From Eledone cirrhosa (taxonomy: Eukaryota), in contig OZ024740.1 of assembly GCA_964016885.1 (NCBI GenBank), positions 22,568,001 to 22,632,000 of the forward strand: a stretch of 64,000 bases of DNA, written 5' to 3'. Numbering within the stretch: position 1 is the first letter of the stretch; each line of letters begins with the position of its first letter. Below the pieces are notes generated by a model. The model had not been told where the DNA came from and did not search any database. It saw nothing but the letters and a program-made list of their open reading frames with translations. Positions 1 to 15,009 of the stretch are shown here, one piece after another. The position numbers and the translations under genes were made by a program.

Positions 1-246
1 ATAGCAACACCAACAACAGCAGCAACAACAACAACAACAGCAACAACAACAACAACAACAACAGTAATAACAACAACAACATAAACAACAGCAACAACTA
101 CAACAGCAATAACAGCAACAACAGCAACAGCAACAACACCATAAACAACAGTAACAACACCAACAACAACAACAACAACATAAACAACAGCAACAACTAC
201 AACAACAACAACAACATCAACAACAACTGTAACAACAATGATAACG
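1..246. repeat. (CAA/CAG)n imperfect trinucleotide microsatellite
   Basis: Continuous caa/cag/caac repeats from the window start. Confidence 0.95.
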
Positions 247-620
247 ACATGAAAGTCGGACGCCATTTATTTAAGCTATTTCGTTGGAAGTTTAACTAAA
301 TAAACACTAATTAATAATCAAGTTATAAAGGAGCGCTGGTCGTATATTTACACAAAGGTGGCAGCGCTGATTCCAATTTTTTCAACATCAGAAATAAACA
401 CAGCAGAGAAAAATACAGTGATTATGAAGAATATTAGGAGTTAGGTAAAAATCATTGTTAGTAAGGGAAACAACTCCAAACGGTTTGAAGCCTTATATGA
501 CTTCATTTGTGGAAGTATAAATATCGATTTTATTTACTGGCGGGAATGAAGTAGTAATTATAGTGGAGGCGGTAGTGTTGGTAGTATAACGATGTTATTA
601 TGTAGGAACCAGGTATTTAA

Positions 621-840
621 CTCTTTAGCATTTACTTTACTATATATATACTATTGTATTTTTGTGGTAAAAGCTTCATCTTACATAATTATCTCACATA
701 AGATCAACTCTATGAGATATTAATATTATTTATTTTGAGAACAATACTTTATCGTCAGTATAGGCAGCCAGTTATGGCCGGTTTGAACAGAAGAGGCGAG
801 AGAATTCTGGTCGCATATGGTCGGTTTAAATGCTAAAGGG
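621..840. mobile_element. piggyBac-like MITE with TTAA target duplication
   Basis: TTAA|CTCTTTAGCATTTA ... TAAATGCTAAAGGG|TTAA; 14-bp imperfect TIRs, TTAA at 617-620 and 841-844. Confidence 0.75.
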
Positions 841-882
841 TTAAAGAAATCACTTAACCACTAACTCTACAAAATATTTCAG

Positions 883-1060
883 GTACAGTCACTCATGCCT
901 CTGTCTCTCGCTCTCCCCATCTCTCACTATTATAAGCAAATGGAGGATCACGCGGTGGCCGCTCCGTGGCCTCGGCGGATAGAACAAAGAAGGCGTTCCC
1001 TCGGGGAATAGTGAGGCTTTGGAAGAGACATTCCAGCTCACGAGTATCACACGTGCGGGT
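883..1060 (+). mobile_element. Old repeat relic, possibly the 3' end of a CR1/L2-group LINE ORF2
   Basis: Frame-shifted peptides PRRIEQRRRS / AFPRGIVRLWK resemble the SFFPRxxRLWN C-terminal motif; a homologous copy lies at ~24440-24525 (-). Confidence 0.35.
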
Positions 1061-1249
1061 AGCCAACTCTGTGCCTATGGCAGTGAGAGGGGGGTGGTCA
1101 TAATGCCAAGGACACCAGAAGTCTCCACTACTGACTCAACAACATATTGCTTTCAGTCTTTGTTTTTTAATCTCATTTCTCGCCTTTTCAAGGCTTTGAA
1201 AAATGGAAAAATATCGAGAGAAAATAATGTAGATTCGTAATTTTATTTT

Positions 1250-1560
1250 ATTTTATTCTATCGACCCCGTAAGGATGAAAGGCGAAGCTAACCCCCGCAG
1301 GGTTTGAACTCAGAATGTAAAGAGCCGTAACTCTATGCCACAAAGCATGTTGACCGACACCCTACCAATACCACCAATCCACCGCCCCTTGTAAATCTAT
1401 ACTAATTATTTCTACTTTTGGCACAGGACCAGCAATTATCCCAGTGTATTACTGGTACTTTATTGTATCGACCCTGTAAGGATGAAAGGCAAAGTTAACC
1501 TCGGCGGGATTTGAACTCAGACCATAAAGGGCCGTAACTCTTTGATACTGCCAATCCACC
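1250..1560 (-). mobile_element. Two adjacent tRNA-derived SINE copies (octopus-type)
   Basis: atcgaccccgtaaggatgaaaggc...tttgaactcag...ccaatccacc occurs twice; A box and GTTCAAA B box on the minus strand; repeated at 2030-2090, 2760-2890, 24838-25232 and 50170-50345. Confidence 0.85.
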
Positions 1561-1679
1561 AATGAATGATAATGGGTAGAGTGCCATATGAATAGGAAAA
1601 AGACGGAAGAAAATATTTACTCCTATATATTGACTTCCACTTTCGTTACAAAGCCAGCAATTTTTGGGGTTAGGGCAAA

Positions 1680-2030
1680 TTTAATTTAACCAACAACAAT
1701 ACATGACCGGTACTTTAATTTAACCAACAACAATACATGACTGGTACTTTAATTTAACCAACAACAATACATGACTGGTACTTTAATTTAACCAACAACA
1801 ATACATGACTGGTACTTTAATTTAACCAACAACAATACATGACCGGTACTTTAATTTAACCAACAACAATACATGACTGGTACTTTAATTTAACCAACAC
1901 CAATACATGACCGGTACTTTAATTTAACCAACAACAATACATGACCGGTACTTTAATTTAACCAACACCAATACATGACCGGTACTTTAATTTAACCAAC
2001 AACAATACATGACCGGTACTTTAATTTAAC
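1680..2030. repeat. 34-bp minisatellite, ~10 copies, inside a SINE copy
   Basis: Unit TTTAATTTAACCAACAACAATACATGACYGGTAC. Confidence 0.95.
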
Positions 2031-2099
2031 GATCCCAGAAAAAGGAAAGAGAAAGTTGACTTCGGCGGGATTTGAAGTTAGAATGTAACCAACAGAATC

Positions 2100-2755
2100 A
2101 ATCTACGGGCACCATACAGAAGATGGAGTTTTACCAGATGAGCAGCTAGGGTGCAAGGGTAAGTGCAGAGGTAGAAAGGAACAGCTTTTGAGAGATAAAA
2201 CTATACTTTTTTTTTTAATCGATCGATTTTTGTCAAATCGGACCGAGGAAACAATGTTTCCATCGGTCTTTCCAGTTGCTAGTACTATCTATCGGTCGCA
2301 ACTCCAGGTAGAAGGACCAACGTGAAATAAAGTATCTTGCTCAAGGACATAATGCATCGCCCAGTCCAGGAATCGAACTCACAACCTCAAGATTGTGAAT
2401 CCAATTCTCTAACCACTCACCCACATGCCTTCACAAAAAACTATACGTAAGGATAGTAAAAGGAGGAAGACCAACTTGACCATAGCGTGGATCGATTACC
2501 ACAAAGCTTGTGACATGATTCCACACTCTTGGATTATGGAATGTGTTAACTTATTTGGTATTGCATCAAATATTGAGCAATTCTTAAGAGAAAGTATGGA
2601 AGAGTGGAAGACTGAAATAACAGCATATGGAAGAAATGTAGGAACAATAGAAATCAAGAGATGTATATTCCAAGGAGACAACCTGTCACCACTGATGTTT
2701 GTATTGTGCATGGTACCACTCACAATGATCCTCAGAAAAGATAAAGTTGGGTATG
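2100..2755 (+). pseudogene. Non-LTR reverse transcriptase fragment, R4/Dong-like, interrupted by a SINE
   Basis: LPDEQLGCKGKCRGRKEQLLRDKTI | RKDSKRRKTNLTIAWIDYHKACDMIPHSWI ... CIFQGDNLSPLMF. Confidence 0.85.
2207..2436 (-). mobile_element. tRNA-derived SINE of a second family, with poly(A) tail and 10-bp TSD
   Basis: TSD AAAACTATAC at 2197-2206 and 2437-2446; poly-T at the left end; GTTCGATTCC B box on the minus strand. Confidence 0.88.
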
Positions 2756-2759
2756 AATC

Positions 2760-2890
2760 AAATCAACCAGAGTACTTCACTGCTACTTTAATCTAATGAT
2801 CCAAGAAAAACGAAAGCCAAAGTTGACTTCGGCGGGATTCAACCGAAATCGTGTTTTAGCTGGCGCTCTACCAATCCTGCCAATCCACCA
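2760..2890 (-). mobile_element. Degenerate SINE copy
   Basis: aaagttgacttcggcgggattc ... ctgccaatccacc. Confidence 0.65.
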
Positions 2891-2955
2891 TTCTTCTTGT
2901 AAAAAAATATTAAGTCCAGAGATATTTTTGTTTACAGCTGAGAAACATGGGTCAC

Positions 2956-3329
2956 TAGTAAATATAGAGTAATGTAAATGTTATGTTAGATATTATGTGA
3001 GGTAAAGTGTTTACTGTGAAAATACAATAGTATATATAGAGTAATGTAAATGTTATGTTAGATATTATGTGAGGTAAAGTGTTTACTGTGAAAAATACAA
3101 TAGTATATATAGAGTAATGTAAATGTTATGTGAGATATTATGTGAGGTAAAGTGTTTACTGTGAAAAATACAATAGTATATATAGAGTAATGTAAATGTT
3201 ATGTGAGATATTATGTGAGGTAAAGCCTTTACTGTGAAAATACAATAGTATATATAGAGTAATGTAAATGTTATGTGAGATATGTGAGGTAAAGTGTTTA
3301 CCATGAAAATACAATAGTATATATAGAGT
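2956..3329. repeat. 72-bp tandem array, left part
   Basis: Unit AAAATACAATAGTATATATAGAGTAATGTAAATGTTATGTGAGATATTATGTGAGGTAAAGTGTTTACCATG, ~5 copies. Confidence 0.95.
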
Positions 3330-3566
3330 GGTTTCTTTATTTGCCACTAGGGCACAAAAGGTAGGGACAGATACAAGGGGGGAAGTTTACATATAATTAA
3401 CGAGTACAAAAATATAACAATGAAATAACAACAACAAACGAAGTCCTCAATAGGGAGGGGGAATTAACATGGGTCGCACACACCCCGGAAAAAATGTGCA
3501 ACTCTTCTCCTCAGGAGCACAAAGTGTAGGTGCTTCCCTCGTCTCCTCTTTTTCCTCTTCTTTCAC

Positions 3567-6500
3567 CTACAGGCTGATATAGAGAGAAGACCCACTCACT
3601 CTGGCCATTCTCCCTACTTTCACCCACCTTTCATAAAACTTGCTGGGGTAGAGCACCTCTCTCTCCATTCTGATCCTTCTTTTAAAATGGTATTTGAAAA
3701 AGGGGACCAGTTGTTGGCCGGAGAGAAAGGTGTCTGACCGCAGCCCTTTCAGCCTCGTCCACCATACAACTTCTTTAGCCATGGCTATCACACAGAGAAA
3801 AACCGCCTCTCCTTCGTTTTTGAAAGGGGGAGGCGGTTTGATCGTGACAATGGACTCGGTGGTCAACCGGATTGGTCCCACCCTCGACAGTAGTCGTTCC
3901 ACATAGCCCCACAGGTCAGCAATGCCTGGGCAGTGTACGAATGCGTGCGCAACGGTTTCGTCATCATGCACGCATCTCGGACAGATCTTATTCAAAGGAT
4001 CTCTACCCAGGCTCCCATGCCTGTGGAGCTTGTCTCGAACGGGTAGAGCCCCTCGGTAGCACTGCCAAGCCAGGGACTTTTGGAAGTTGTCCATCGGTCC
4101 AGGGCCAAACGTCCTACCGAACAGACTGGCCAGTTCATCTTCCTCCATGCCTAGAGCTTCTCCGAGAGCATCGTCGCACCTGCTGCGTACCAACCCTCTA
4201 TAGAATATCGAGGTGGAGTCTCCACTGATTGCCGGGTCCGCTTTCCAGAGGGCCGTGAGCGCCTGGGCACATTCAATGTGCCAGTCGCCCAGTTTTCTCG
4301 GTCTTTGCTTGACCCAGGATTGCAGCTCGGTGAGCGAGACGAGTCTGGGAAAGGCTCGCCTCACAAACGGGGCCCACACCGGTTGACCGGTGAGGAATAC
4401 CGGGAGGAGCCGTAGCCTTAATGCGTGTTTACGCATCTGTAGCCACGGCATCCCCAGCCCTCCTTTCTAAGGGTGTTGACAGCAGATGGATCTCCTCACC
4501 AAAGGGGTCCACTTGTTCCAAAGAAATTGGAACAGCGCGCACTCCATTTTGGCGAGTCTTTTCACTGGGCAAGGCACGACGGTCAAGCGGTAGTAGATGA
4601 CGGATGCTATATAAGTATTCGCCACCTCCGCTCGACCTTTCAGGGATAGTTTGCACTGGGCCCACTTCTGGGTGAGTGCAAACACCCTGGCCGTTACCTC
4701 GTTCCAGCTTTTCTCCACCTGGAGGTCTGGTCCGAACCAGACCCCGAGCAGCTTCACCGGGCCCTCCGTCCAGCGTCCGACGACGTCGTTGGAGGGCATC
4801 GGTTTGCCTCTCCATGTTCCAAGTTGCAAACCGACGGACTTGTCCCGGTTCAGCTTGGCTCCTGTAAACCTTTCATATTCCTCCAGTAAGGTGCCGATCT
4901 CACCGATTTGCGAGGTTTTCGTCACCATTACTGTCACGTCATCGGCGTAGGCCGACGCCACTTTCTGCAATCCCGGTTCCAAAGGGATGCCCTGCAACCG
5001 CTCCAACTTCCGCAGTAGTCGCTCAAGAGCCAGCACATACAGTAGGGAGGAGAGAGGGCATCCCTGTCGGATGGATCGCATGATTTGGAACGGCTCCGAG
5101 AGGTGGCCGTTCACCTTGACCCTTGAGCAGACGTTGCTGCTGTGCATCGCAGCAATCCAACCCCTGAAAACGGGTCCGAAGCCTGCCGCCGCGAGCACCG
5201 CATCCAGGTAACGATGGTCAACCCTATCGAAAGCTTTAGATTGATCCAAGTTGATCAGGGCCCCACCAAAGCCGGGTTCATTCCCTACCCTCTCTATGAT
5301 GTATCGCATAAGGTGGAAATTGTCGTGAATGGACCTGGACGGGATTGCGCATGTCTGCGCTTCTCCCACCAGGTTTCCAACGACAAGCGCCAACCTCTTC
5401 GCTAACACCATGGCCAAAATCTTTAACTCTGTATTTAGCAGAGTTATGGGCCTGAAGTTACTTATGTCATCCCCCTTGTTCTCATCCTTCCTCACCAGCG
5501 TAACTACGCCCTTGGTCACAGAACTGGGAATTCTCCCGTTCTGCTGCCAGTTGCAGTAGACCGCTTCGAGGATATCGGAGAACAAGTCCGGCATCGCTAC
5601 ATATAGCTCGTATGGTAGACCATCGAGACCCGGGGATTTGCGTTTGCCGCATTGGCTCAGCGCCGCCCCTATCTCAGCAGCTGAAATCGTCCTTTCGCAG
5701 GACTTCGCCTCCGCGTCCGAGAGGCGCGGCAGACCGTCGAGGTATGGATTGAAATCCATAGTCTCACCCGGCGCGCCGCCCCTCTCGAACAGTCGTGCAA
5801 AGTGCCGCTGAAAGGCCGCACACATCTGCCCAGGTTCAAGGATCACACGCCCATCCTGGTCCTTCAAAGACCGAATCGTGGACTTGTTCCCACATTTTGC
5901 CTCTGTCACTCGGGCCCAGCTCACAGCTTTGGCTCCCTCATTACCCAGAGCACGTATTTTACTCCTGACAACGCAGCCTTCATGCTTCACCTCAAAGAAC
6001 TGGTCTAAGGCCATTCTTGATGCCAGCACGCCGGCTACATTGCCACTCCTAATCGCCTCTTCTACTCTATCTACTAATTCCCTTTCCGTCTTGTTCCTAT
6101 CCCTTGCTAATTCCTGACTAAAACCTATCGATTCTATTCTAATTGCTCTCTTAGGAGAGCTCCACCACCTGTTGTTGATAATTGCCCCTGTCAAACTCTG
6201 CTTAACTAACGTGCTAATCCGTTTACTGTAAGCTTTGCTTGTCGGTGAGGACAAGTTCAGCTTCCAGTAACCGGGTCCCTGTCTATGGGTTCTATCAAGG
6301 TTGGCTATGCAGGTCACTAACTTGTGATCCGAATAGTCAACCATGAACATTTTTGGACAGCTAAATGTGTCCCTATCCTTCTCTCTAACTAGGACCCTAT
6401 CTAGGTACGACCTAGATGTTCCGCTGAGATTGGTCCACGTCCATAGTGGTACAGTCGGAAAATCTAGTCGATATCTATCGGCCAGGTCAAATCGGCCGAT

Positions 6501-7004
6501 TAACCTTTTGAGGCTTTTACACCTCCCTCTATTGGCACATGCCCCTACATAGTCCCAACGTGCATCCAGGATACCATTCCAGTCCCCCACTAAAAGCAAG
6601 GAGCGGGACGTTCCCAGAAAAGTTCCCAGACGTTGGAAGTATTCCGGCCGTGCTGCCCAAAAAGGGGCGTACACAGCTATTAGTCTAAGGGCTCCACTTT
6701 CACTACTGCCGACGTCTAAAACCACCAGTCGACCCTCTGGGTCCACGTGCACCTTCTGTATGGCGAGGCCCAGGTGTTTTCGCAGCAGAACGACAACTCC
6801 ACCCCCACCCCCCGGTTGACAGAGAGATGCGAAGATCTCAAAGTCGTTGAAGAGGGGCGCCAGTTGGTGCTCGCTGCTGATCCTGGACTCGCAAATAGCC
6901 GTGACATCCATTCTATGCGACCTGAGATCATTTAAAAGTTTGCCTTGTTTCCAAGACAGTCCCAGGCCGCGTACATTCAGACACCCAACTCTTATATCAG
7001 CCAT
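3567..7004 (-). pseudogene. ORF2 (APE endonuclease, RT, zf-RVT), 1145 codons with one in-frame TAG at 4467-4469
   Basis: LNVRGL, GDWN, YLDR, YSDH (APE); KSPGLDG, FRPITLLN, LDQSKAFD, RQGCPLS, YADD (RT); CPRC..ETVAHAFVHC; the 845-aa and 294-aa ORFs are in frame through CQHP*KGGLGMP. Confidence 0.95.
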
Positions 7005-7009
7005 GTTGG

Positions 7010-8626
7010 TTAAAAGAGGAAGGACCTACCTGTTCGGCTCCTGAGGAGCAGGTTGCACAATATCCATGGGCGTATTGGAGGGGTTGTTTGGTGGGTGTTG
7101 TTCTGTGGCGGAGTGGGGGTATTTGGTGAAGTGTGGGTGGGGAAACGTTTCAAGAGGACGCGGTTATAGGGTCGAGTCCATGTTTTCCCCACGTCCTCAG
7201 GAAAGTTCTCTCTTAGTTTTGCATAGGTGTCCATTGGGAGTCTTATCATTTTTAAATGCGGTTTGTTGGCCGCGCTTGCAAAGAATTGCCCTTCAGTTTC
7301 CACCGAAGGGTCTTTGTGTATTGTTTTTACTAGTTCTTTGTTATTTGTGTTAATGTATGTATACTGTTTTATTTGTGTTGTGTTTGTTTGTTGTTCTTGT
7401 GTGTGCTTACGTTTTGTTGTATGTGTTATGTTTTGGGGTGGGGCGGATTTTGTTTGTTCTGTTTGTTTTGTTTTTGTTGGTGGTTGTGTGTTTGTTTCGT
7501 TTATGTTCGAGTGGTGCTTTCTTTTTTTCCTTTTTACAGGTTGGAAGGGTCCCCCCTCTTCGTAACTAGGTGCCGTTTCAGCTGGGTCCTCGTCCGTGCT
7601 GTCGGGTAGTGGTGTATTTTGGGGTTTTGTTGTGTTTGTGTGTGTTTTTGGAATTGTTTTGGGTGGGGCCGTGTCTTGTGTTATTTTTCCGTGTTGTTTT
7701 TGTTGTTGTTGTGTTGGTGGAGGTGGTGGCGGTGGTGGTGTGTGGGGTGTAGGCAAAAGAGCCTTTTTTTTTGTCAATTGAGGACAGGCAGCCCTTAGAT
7801 GACCCCTGCTTGAACAGTAGTAACATATGGGCCTCCTACCCTCGGCTGAAATGTACATAAATGTTTCTCCATCGAGGGACACCCTCTGTGGTATTCTAGC
7901 TATTCGTTCTGGTCTCATTTGGACCAGAACCTCCACGCTCAAACCGCCGAAAACGTCTGTTGTGACTTCTCCTACTGAGAGGATTCCGTCCTCGTCTTCT
8001 AAAAATCCTGTTAGTACCCAGGAAATGCATGCATTTGGCCGGATTCCGGAGACCCTTATTTTCTGCGTTCTTTTCCCTAAATATGTGGGGAAAAATGTGT
8101 GTAGCTTGGAAACAATTGGCGCCACAGAGTATTTCCTGGCCGTCAATTGATCCTTCATTAGCACCGTTATATTCCCATAGAGTGGCCCTTTTTGTATGAA
8201 CGATATATCACTCCACACATTTTTTAGGACCAGCTCAATTTCTTTTTGTGATAATTGAGCTGGTTTCCTTGTTATGTTGGAAATTGTTCTGAAAGATATC
8301 GTTCTTAGCATCGTGTCTCTTTTGATTTCTTGTGGGGAGGTGATTGTGAAGTCTCCTCCTTCTTTGAAAGTTACATACTGTTTTGCTTCCTTCATCTTTT
8401 CTCTCAGAGTTGTAATGTCCAGTTGCTTGCAGGTCTGTGTTTTCCGGACCGCCTGTGCAAAGGAGGCACCAGTAGTGGGTTCGCTTTGTTTGGTGTTATC
8501 GTTATTTTTTCCTTGGTTGGTGTTGTGACTATTGCTGTTATTGTCATTGTTGTTTTTGTCTGCGTTTATGTGACTTTCTGGGTTTTCACCCATTTTTACA
8601 AATTTTCTTTTAATTCCGTGTTCCAT
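7010..8626 (-). CDS. ORF1 gag-like nucleic-acid chaperone with one zinc knuckle (538 aa)
   Basis: CYYCSSRGHLRAAC (CX2CX4HX4C); SFAQAV motif; Pro/Thr-rich tail; stop 5 nt before the ORF2 ATG. Confidence 0.9.
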   Translation of the reverse strand: MEHGIKRKFVKMGENPESHINADKNNNDNNSNSHNTNQGKNNDNTKQSEPTTGASFAQAVRKTQTCKQLDITTLREKMKEAKQYVTFKEGGDFTITSPQEIKRDTMLRTISFRTISNITRKPAQLSQKEIELVLKNVWSDISFIQKGPLYGNITVLMKDQLTARKYSVAPIVSKLHTFFPTYLGKRTQKIRVSGIRPNACISWVLTGFLEDEDGILSVGEVTTDVFGGLSVEVLVQMRPERIARIPQRVSLDGETFMYISAEGRRPICYYCSSRGHLRAACPQLTKKKALLPTPHTPPPPPPPPTQQQQKQHGKITQDTAPPKTIPKTHTNTTKPQNTPLPDSTDEDPAETAPSYEEGGPFQPVKRKKRKHHSNINETNTQPPTKTKQTEQTKSAPPQNITHTTKRKHTQEQQTNTTQIKQYTYINTNNKELVKTIHKDPSVETEGQFFASAANKPHLKMIRLPMDTYAKLRENFPEDVGKTWTRPYNRVLLKRFPTHTSPNTPTPPQNNTHQTTPPIRPWILCNLLLRSRTGRSFLF

Positions 8627-8954
8627 GTTTCTTTTTCAGAAGTGAGGAGGGAAGACTTTGAGCCTTGTGCTTCTAGCTTCTCTGTATCACCTTTCTTAGG
8701 GGGCGTGGCTTTCTCGTTAGGATGAGATGTGAAAATTCCGTCCATTTCTATTAGTTTGCCGTAATAAATTTTTAACTGGAAAATTCGCCCCAAAAAGGGG
8801 CGAAAATAAATAAACTCAAAGTTTGACGACCAAGGCAAGGGGTTAACGTATATTACAGTATAACAAATTAATCAAAACTCACTTTTGAGTAAGTAAATCC
8901 AACTCGGTAGCCGAGCTTGTTCACACACGTCAACACACGTCTCTCGTATACGAG

Positions 8955-9257
8955 ATGTTATGTGAGATATTATGTGAGGTAAAGTCTTTACCATGAAAAT
9001 ACAATAGTATATATAGAGTAATGTAAATGTTATGTGAGATATTATGTGAGGTAAAGTGTTTACCATGAAAATACAATAGTATATATAGAGTAATGTAAAT
9101 GCTATGTGAGATATTATGTGAGGTAAAGTGTTTACCATGAAAATACAATAGTATATATAGAGTAATGTAAATGTTATGTGAGATATTATGTGAGGTAAAG
9201 TGTTTACCATGAAAATACAATAGTATATATAGAGTAATGTAAATGGTAAAGGGTTAA
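8955..9257. repeat. 72-bp tandem array, right part, ending in a MITE terminus
   Basis: ~4 units, then TAAATGGTAAAGGG|TTAA. Confidence 0.93.
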
Positions 9258-9404
9258 ATATTACTTATTTTGTCGGTTCTGGAAAGATGAAGTCAGAAAT
9301 AAACAGGTCGAGTAAACATGACAAAATATATTCACAGCTTTAGACATTTACCAATGAGACACCATCAAAACTATTAGGATTAACACAATTATTCTCCACA
9401 TCCT

Positions 9405-9662
9405 CTTCTTTCTTCTCTTCCTCTTCATAATCATCATCACCATCATCATAACCATCATCATCATCATATTAACAATCATCATAATAATCATCATCATCAT
9501 CATCATCATCATCGTCATCATCATAATCGTTTTCATTATAATCACCACCATCATCATAATTATCATCATCATCTCCATAACCATCATCATCATCACCTTC
9601 ATCATCACCATCATCACCATCATAATCACCACCATCATCACCATCATCATCATCATCCTCAT
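9405..9662. repeat. (CAT)n imperfect microsatellite
   Basis: catcatcac/cataat repeats. Confidence 0.95.
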
Positions 9663-10089
9663 ACTAAGGTAACTGCTGGTTCCGTTGCCAAAATATTTCC
9701 TAAGTTTGGTGTCAGAGATGTAAAAGTTTGCTATCCCATGGGATCTTTCACAGGAAGTAGACATGTCTTTTACATACACTAATACATATAGACACAGAAA
9801 TATATAGGCACATACATATATACATACATATATGTATTACACACACACAAACATATTTGTATAACATGTTTACATATATAGGGTTATACATATACATATA
9901 CCTATATGTATATATATATGTATACATATGAGTATATATATTATATATATATATATGTATATATATATATACTTATATGTATACATATATGTATACATAT
10001 AGGTATATATGTATAGCCCTATATATGTAAATATGTAGCACGAATATATGTATATACACACACACACACATACACATACACACACACAC

Positions 10090-10158
<69 letters not shown>

Positions 10159-10168
10159 AACCAGTAAG

Positions 10169-10262
10169 ACCCCGACAGCTGAGCTCAAGCCGTTTCGACG
10201 GCTAATTCTGGACTAAATGAAAATTTATCCTGGTATTTAAATAGCCGATCTTCTCAAGGGGT
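10169..10262 (-). ncRNA. Type-I hammerhead motif with U3:A8 core (UUGAGAA)
   Basis: ACCCC-UUGAGAA-GA(U)CGGCUAUUU...AAUUAGCCGUC-GAAACGGCUUGAGCUCAGCUGUC|GGGGU. Confidence 0.75.
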
Positions 10263-10719
10263 AGTTCCATATATGGTCAAAGTGATTGTCAAAAATCAGT
10301 AGTAATTCTGTGGTTGCAAATTAGTAGGGGAGATGGTGGCTAAACCTGCCAGTAGGAGAAAGAGGGGAGGGGTGGAGTAGACCCAATCAAGCGTTGGTAG
10401 TGCCAGCTACAGCTGGACATGAGGTCAAAGAAGATACAGGGGAGGGGGAGGAGGAGGAAGTCGGAACGGTAGGTAGAACAATGGGGGGTAGAAATAGGAA
10501 AGAAAAAATACTGAGAGTGAAGAAAAGAAAATAAGTGTAAAGAAAAAAGTAAAGTAAATTAAATTTTACGACCTAGGTGTCAGGCTATTGTTAGGCTAGA
10601 ATAAAATAAAGAAAGAAAGAAAGAAGTAAAGAAATAAATAAATAAATAAATAGCGAAATAAGTAAAAGAACTAGGTGGGACGGAATAGGCAAGGACCCTT
10701 TTAAGAGGTGTAAGTACAC

Positions 10720-10756
<37 letters not shown>

Positions 10757-10888
10757 CTCTCTGTTGGTTAGGGGTTAGTGTGGGGTTTCCATCCAGGTTC
10801 CGGTCATTTAACTGTGTCAAAATAAAGTGATGCAAAATGATATATTGAAAAAACATCGTCTCTTCGGTCTTTCGATTAACACCCTCCA

Positions 10889-10933
<45 letters not shown>

Positions 10934-10982
10934 CTGTCTATATGTATATATATACATATGTATATATATATATATATATATA

Positions 10983-11028
<46 letters not shown>

Positions 11029-11073
11029 TGCATGTATGTATATATGTATGGATATGTCTGTATGCCTATATGA

Positions 11074-11130
<57 letters not shown>

Positions 11131-11150
11131 AATACACACACACACACACG

Positions 11151-14404
<3,254 letters not shown>

Positions 14405-14551
14405 CGACAGTGGAAGTGAACTGGTGGCACCGGAGATGTTTATGAGATATTTCACAAGATGGAGGGAAAAAAAGAGGTTCATCTGTAACATGTATTGGTG
14501 TTATTGAGATATACACTTAATTCGCCTAAACAAATCTATCTGTGCATGTGG

Positions 14552-14598
<47 letters not shown>

Positions 14599-14619
14599 TA
14601 TATAAATATATATATATAA

Positions 14620-14805
<186 letters not shown>

Positions 14806-14997
14806 GAAAAAGTATGACCCCGACGGCAGAGCTCAAGCCGTTTCGACGGCTATTTCTGGACTCAGAAATAGCTGTCAAAACGGCTTGAGCTCTGCCGTCG
14901 GAGTCATACTTTTTCTTATTTCTCACTCTACTACCCTAAGTATTGAGTACTCTGGTGCGTTATGGTCCATCTGGTTCCTTTCCACAATTCCTTTGTT
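14806..14997. mobile_element. Fold-back fragment of the 10169 HHR family
   Basis: gaccccgacggcagagctcaagccgtttcgacggcta followed by its inverse; same family at 20696-20902, 25666-25737, 38921-39067 and 57455-57633. Confidence 0.85.
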
Positions 14998-15009
14998 ATA
15001 TATATATAA

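Larger units (their letters stand above)
3330..8954 (-). mobile_element. Near full-length Tx1/L1-clade non-LTR retrotransposon (~5.6 kb)
   Basis: ORF1 with CCHC knuckle; ORF2 with APE, RT and C-terminal zinc motif; AATAAA near the 3' end; splits the 72-bp array. Confidence 0.95.

Noticed and set aside
859-1011. Possible terminal exon (CACTAAC branch point, TTTCAG acceptor, 43 codons)
   Set aside because: Weak pyrimidine tract, no partner exons, and homologous to a second dispersed copy; kept only as a repeat relic
1680-2030. CRISPR-like 34-bp repeats
   Set aside because: No spacers, no cas genes, eukaryotic context, SINE-derived
4451-4469. Frameshift, separate ORF3 or programmed readthrough in Tx1 ORF2
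   Set aside because: Both ORFs are in one frame; a single TTG-to-TAG type mutation or a sequencing error is simpler
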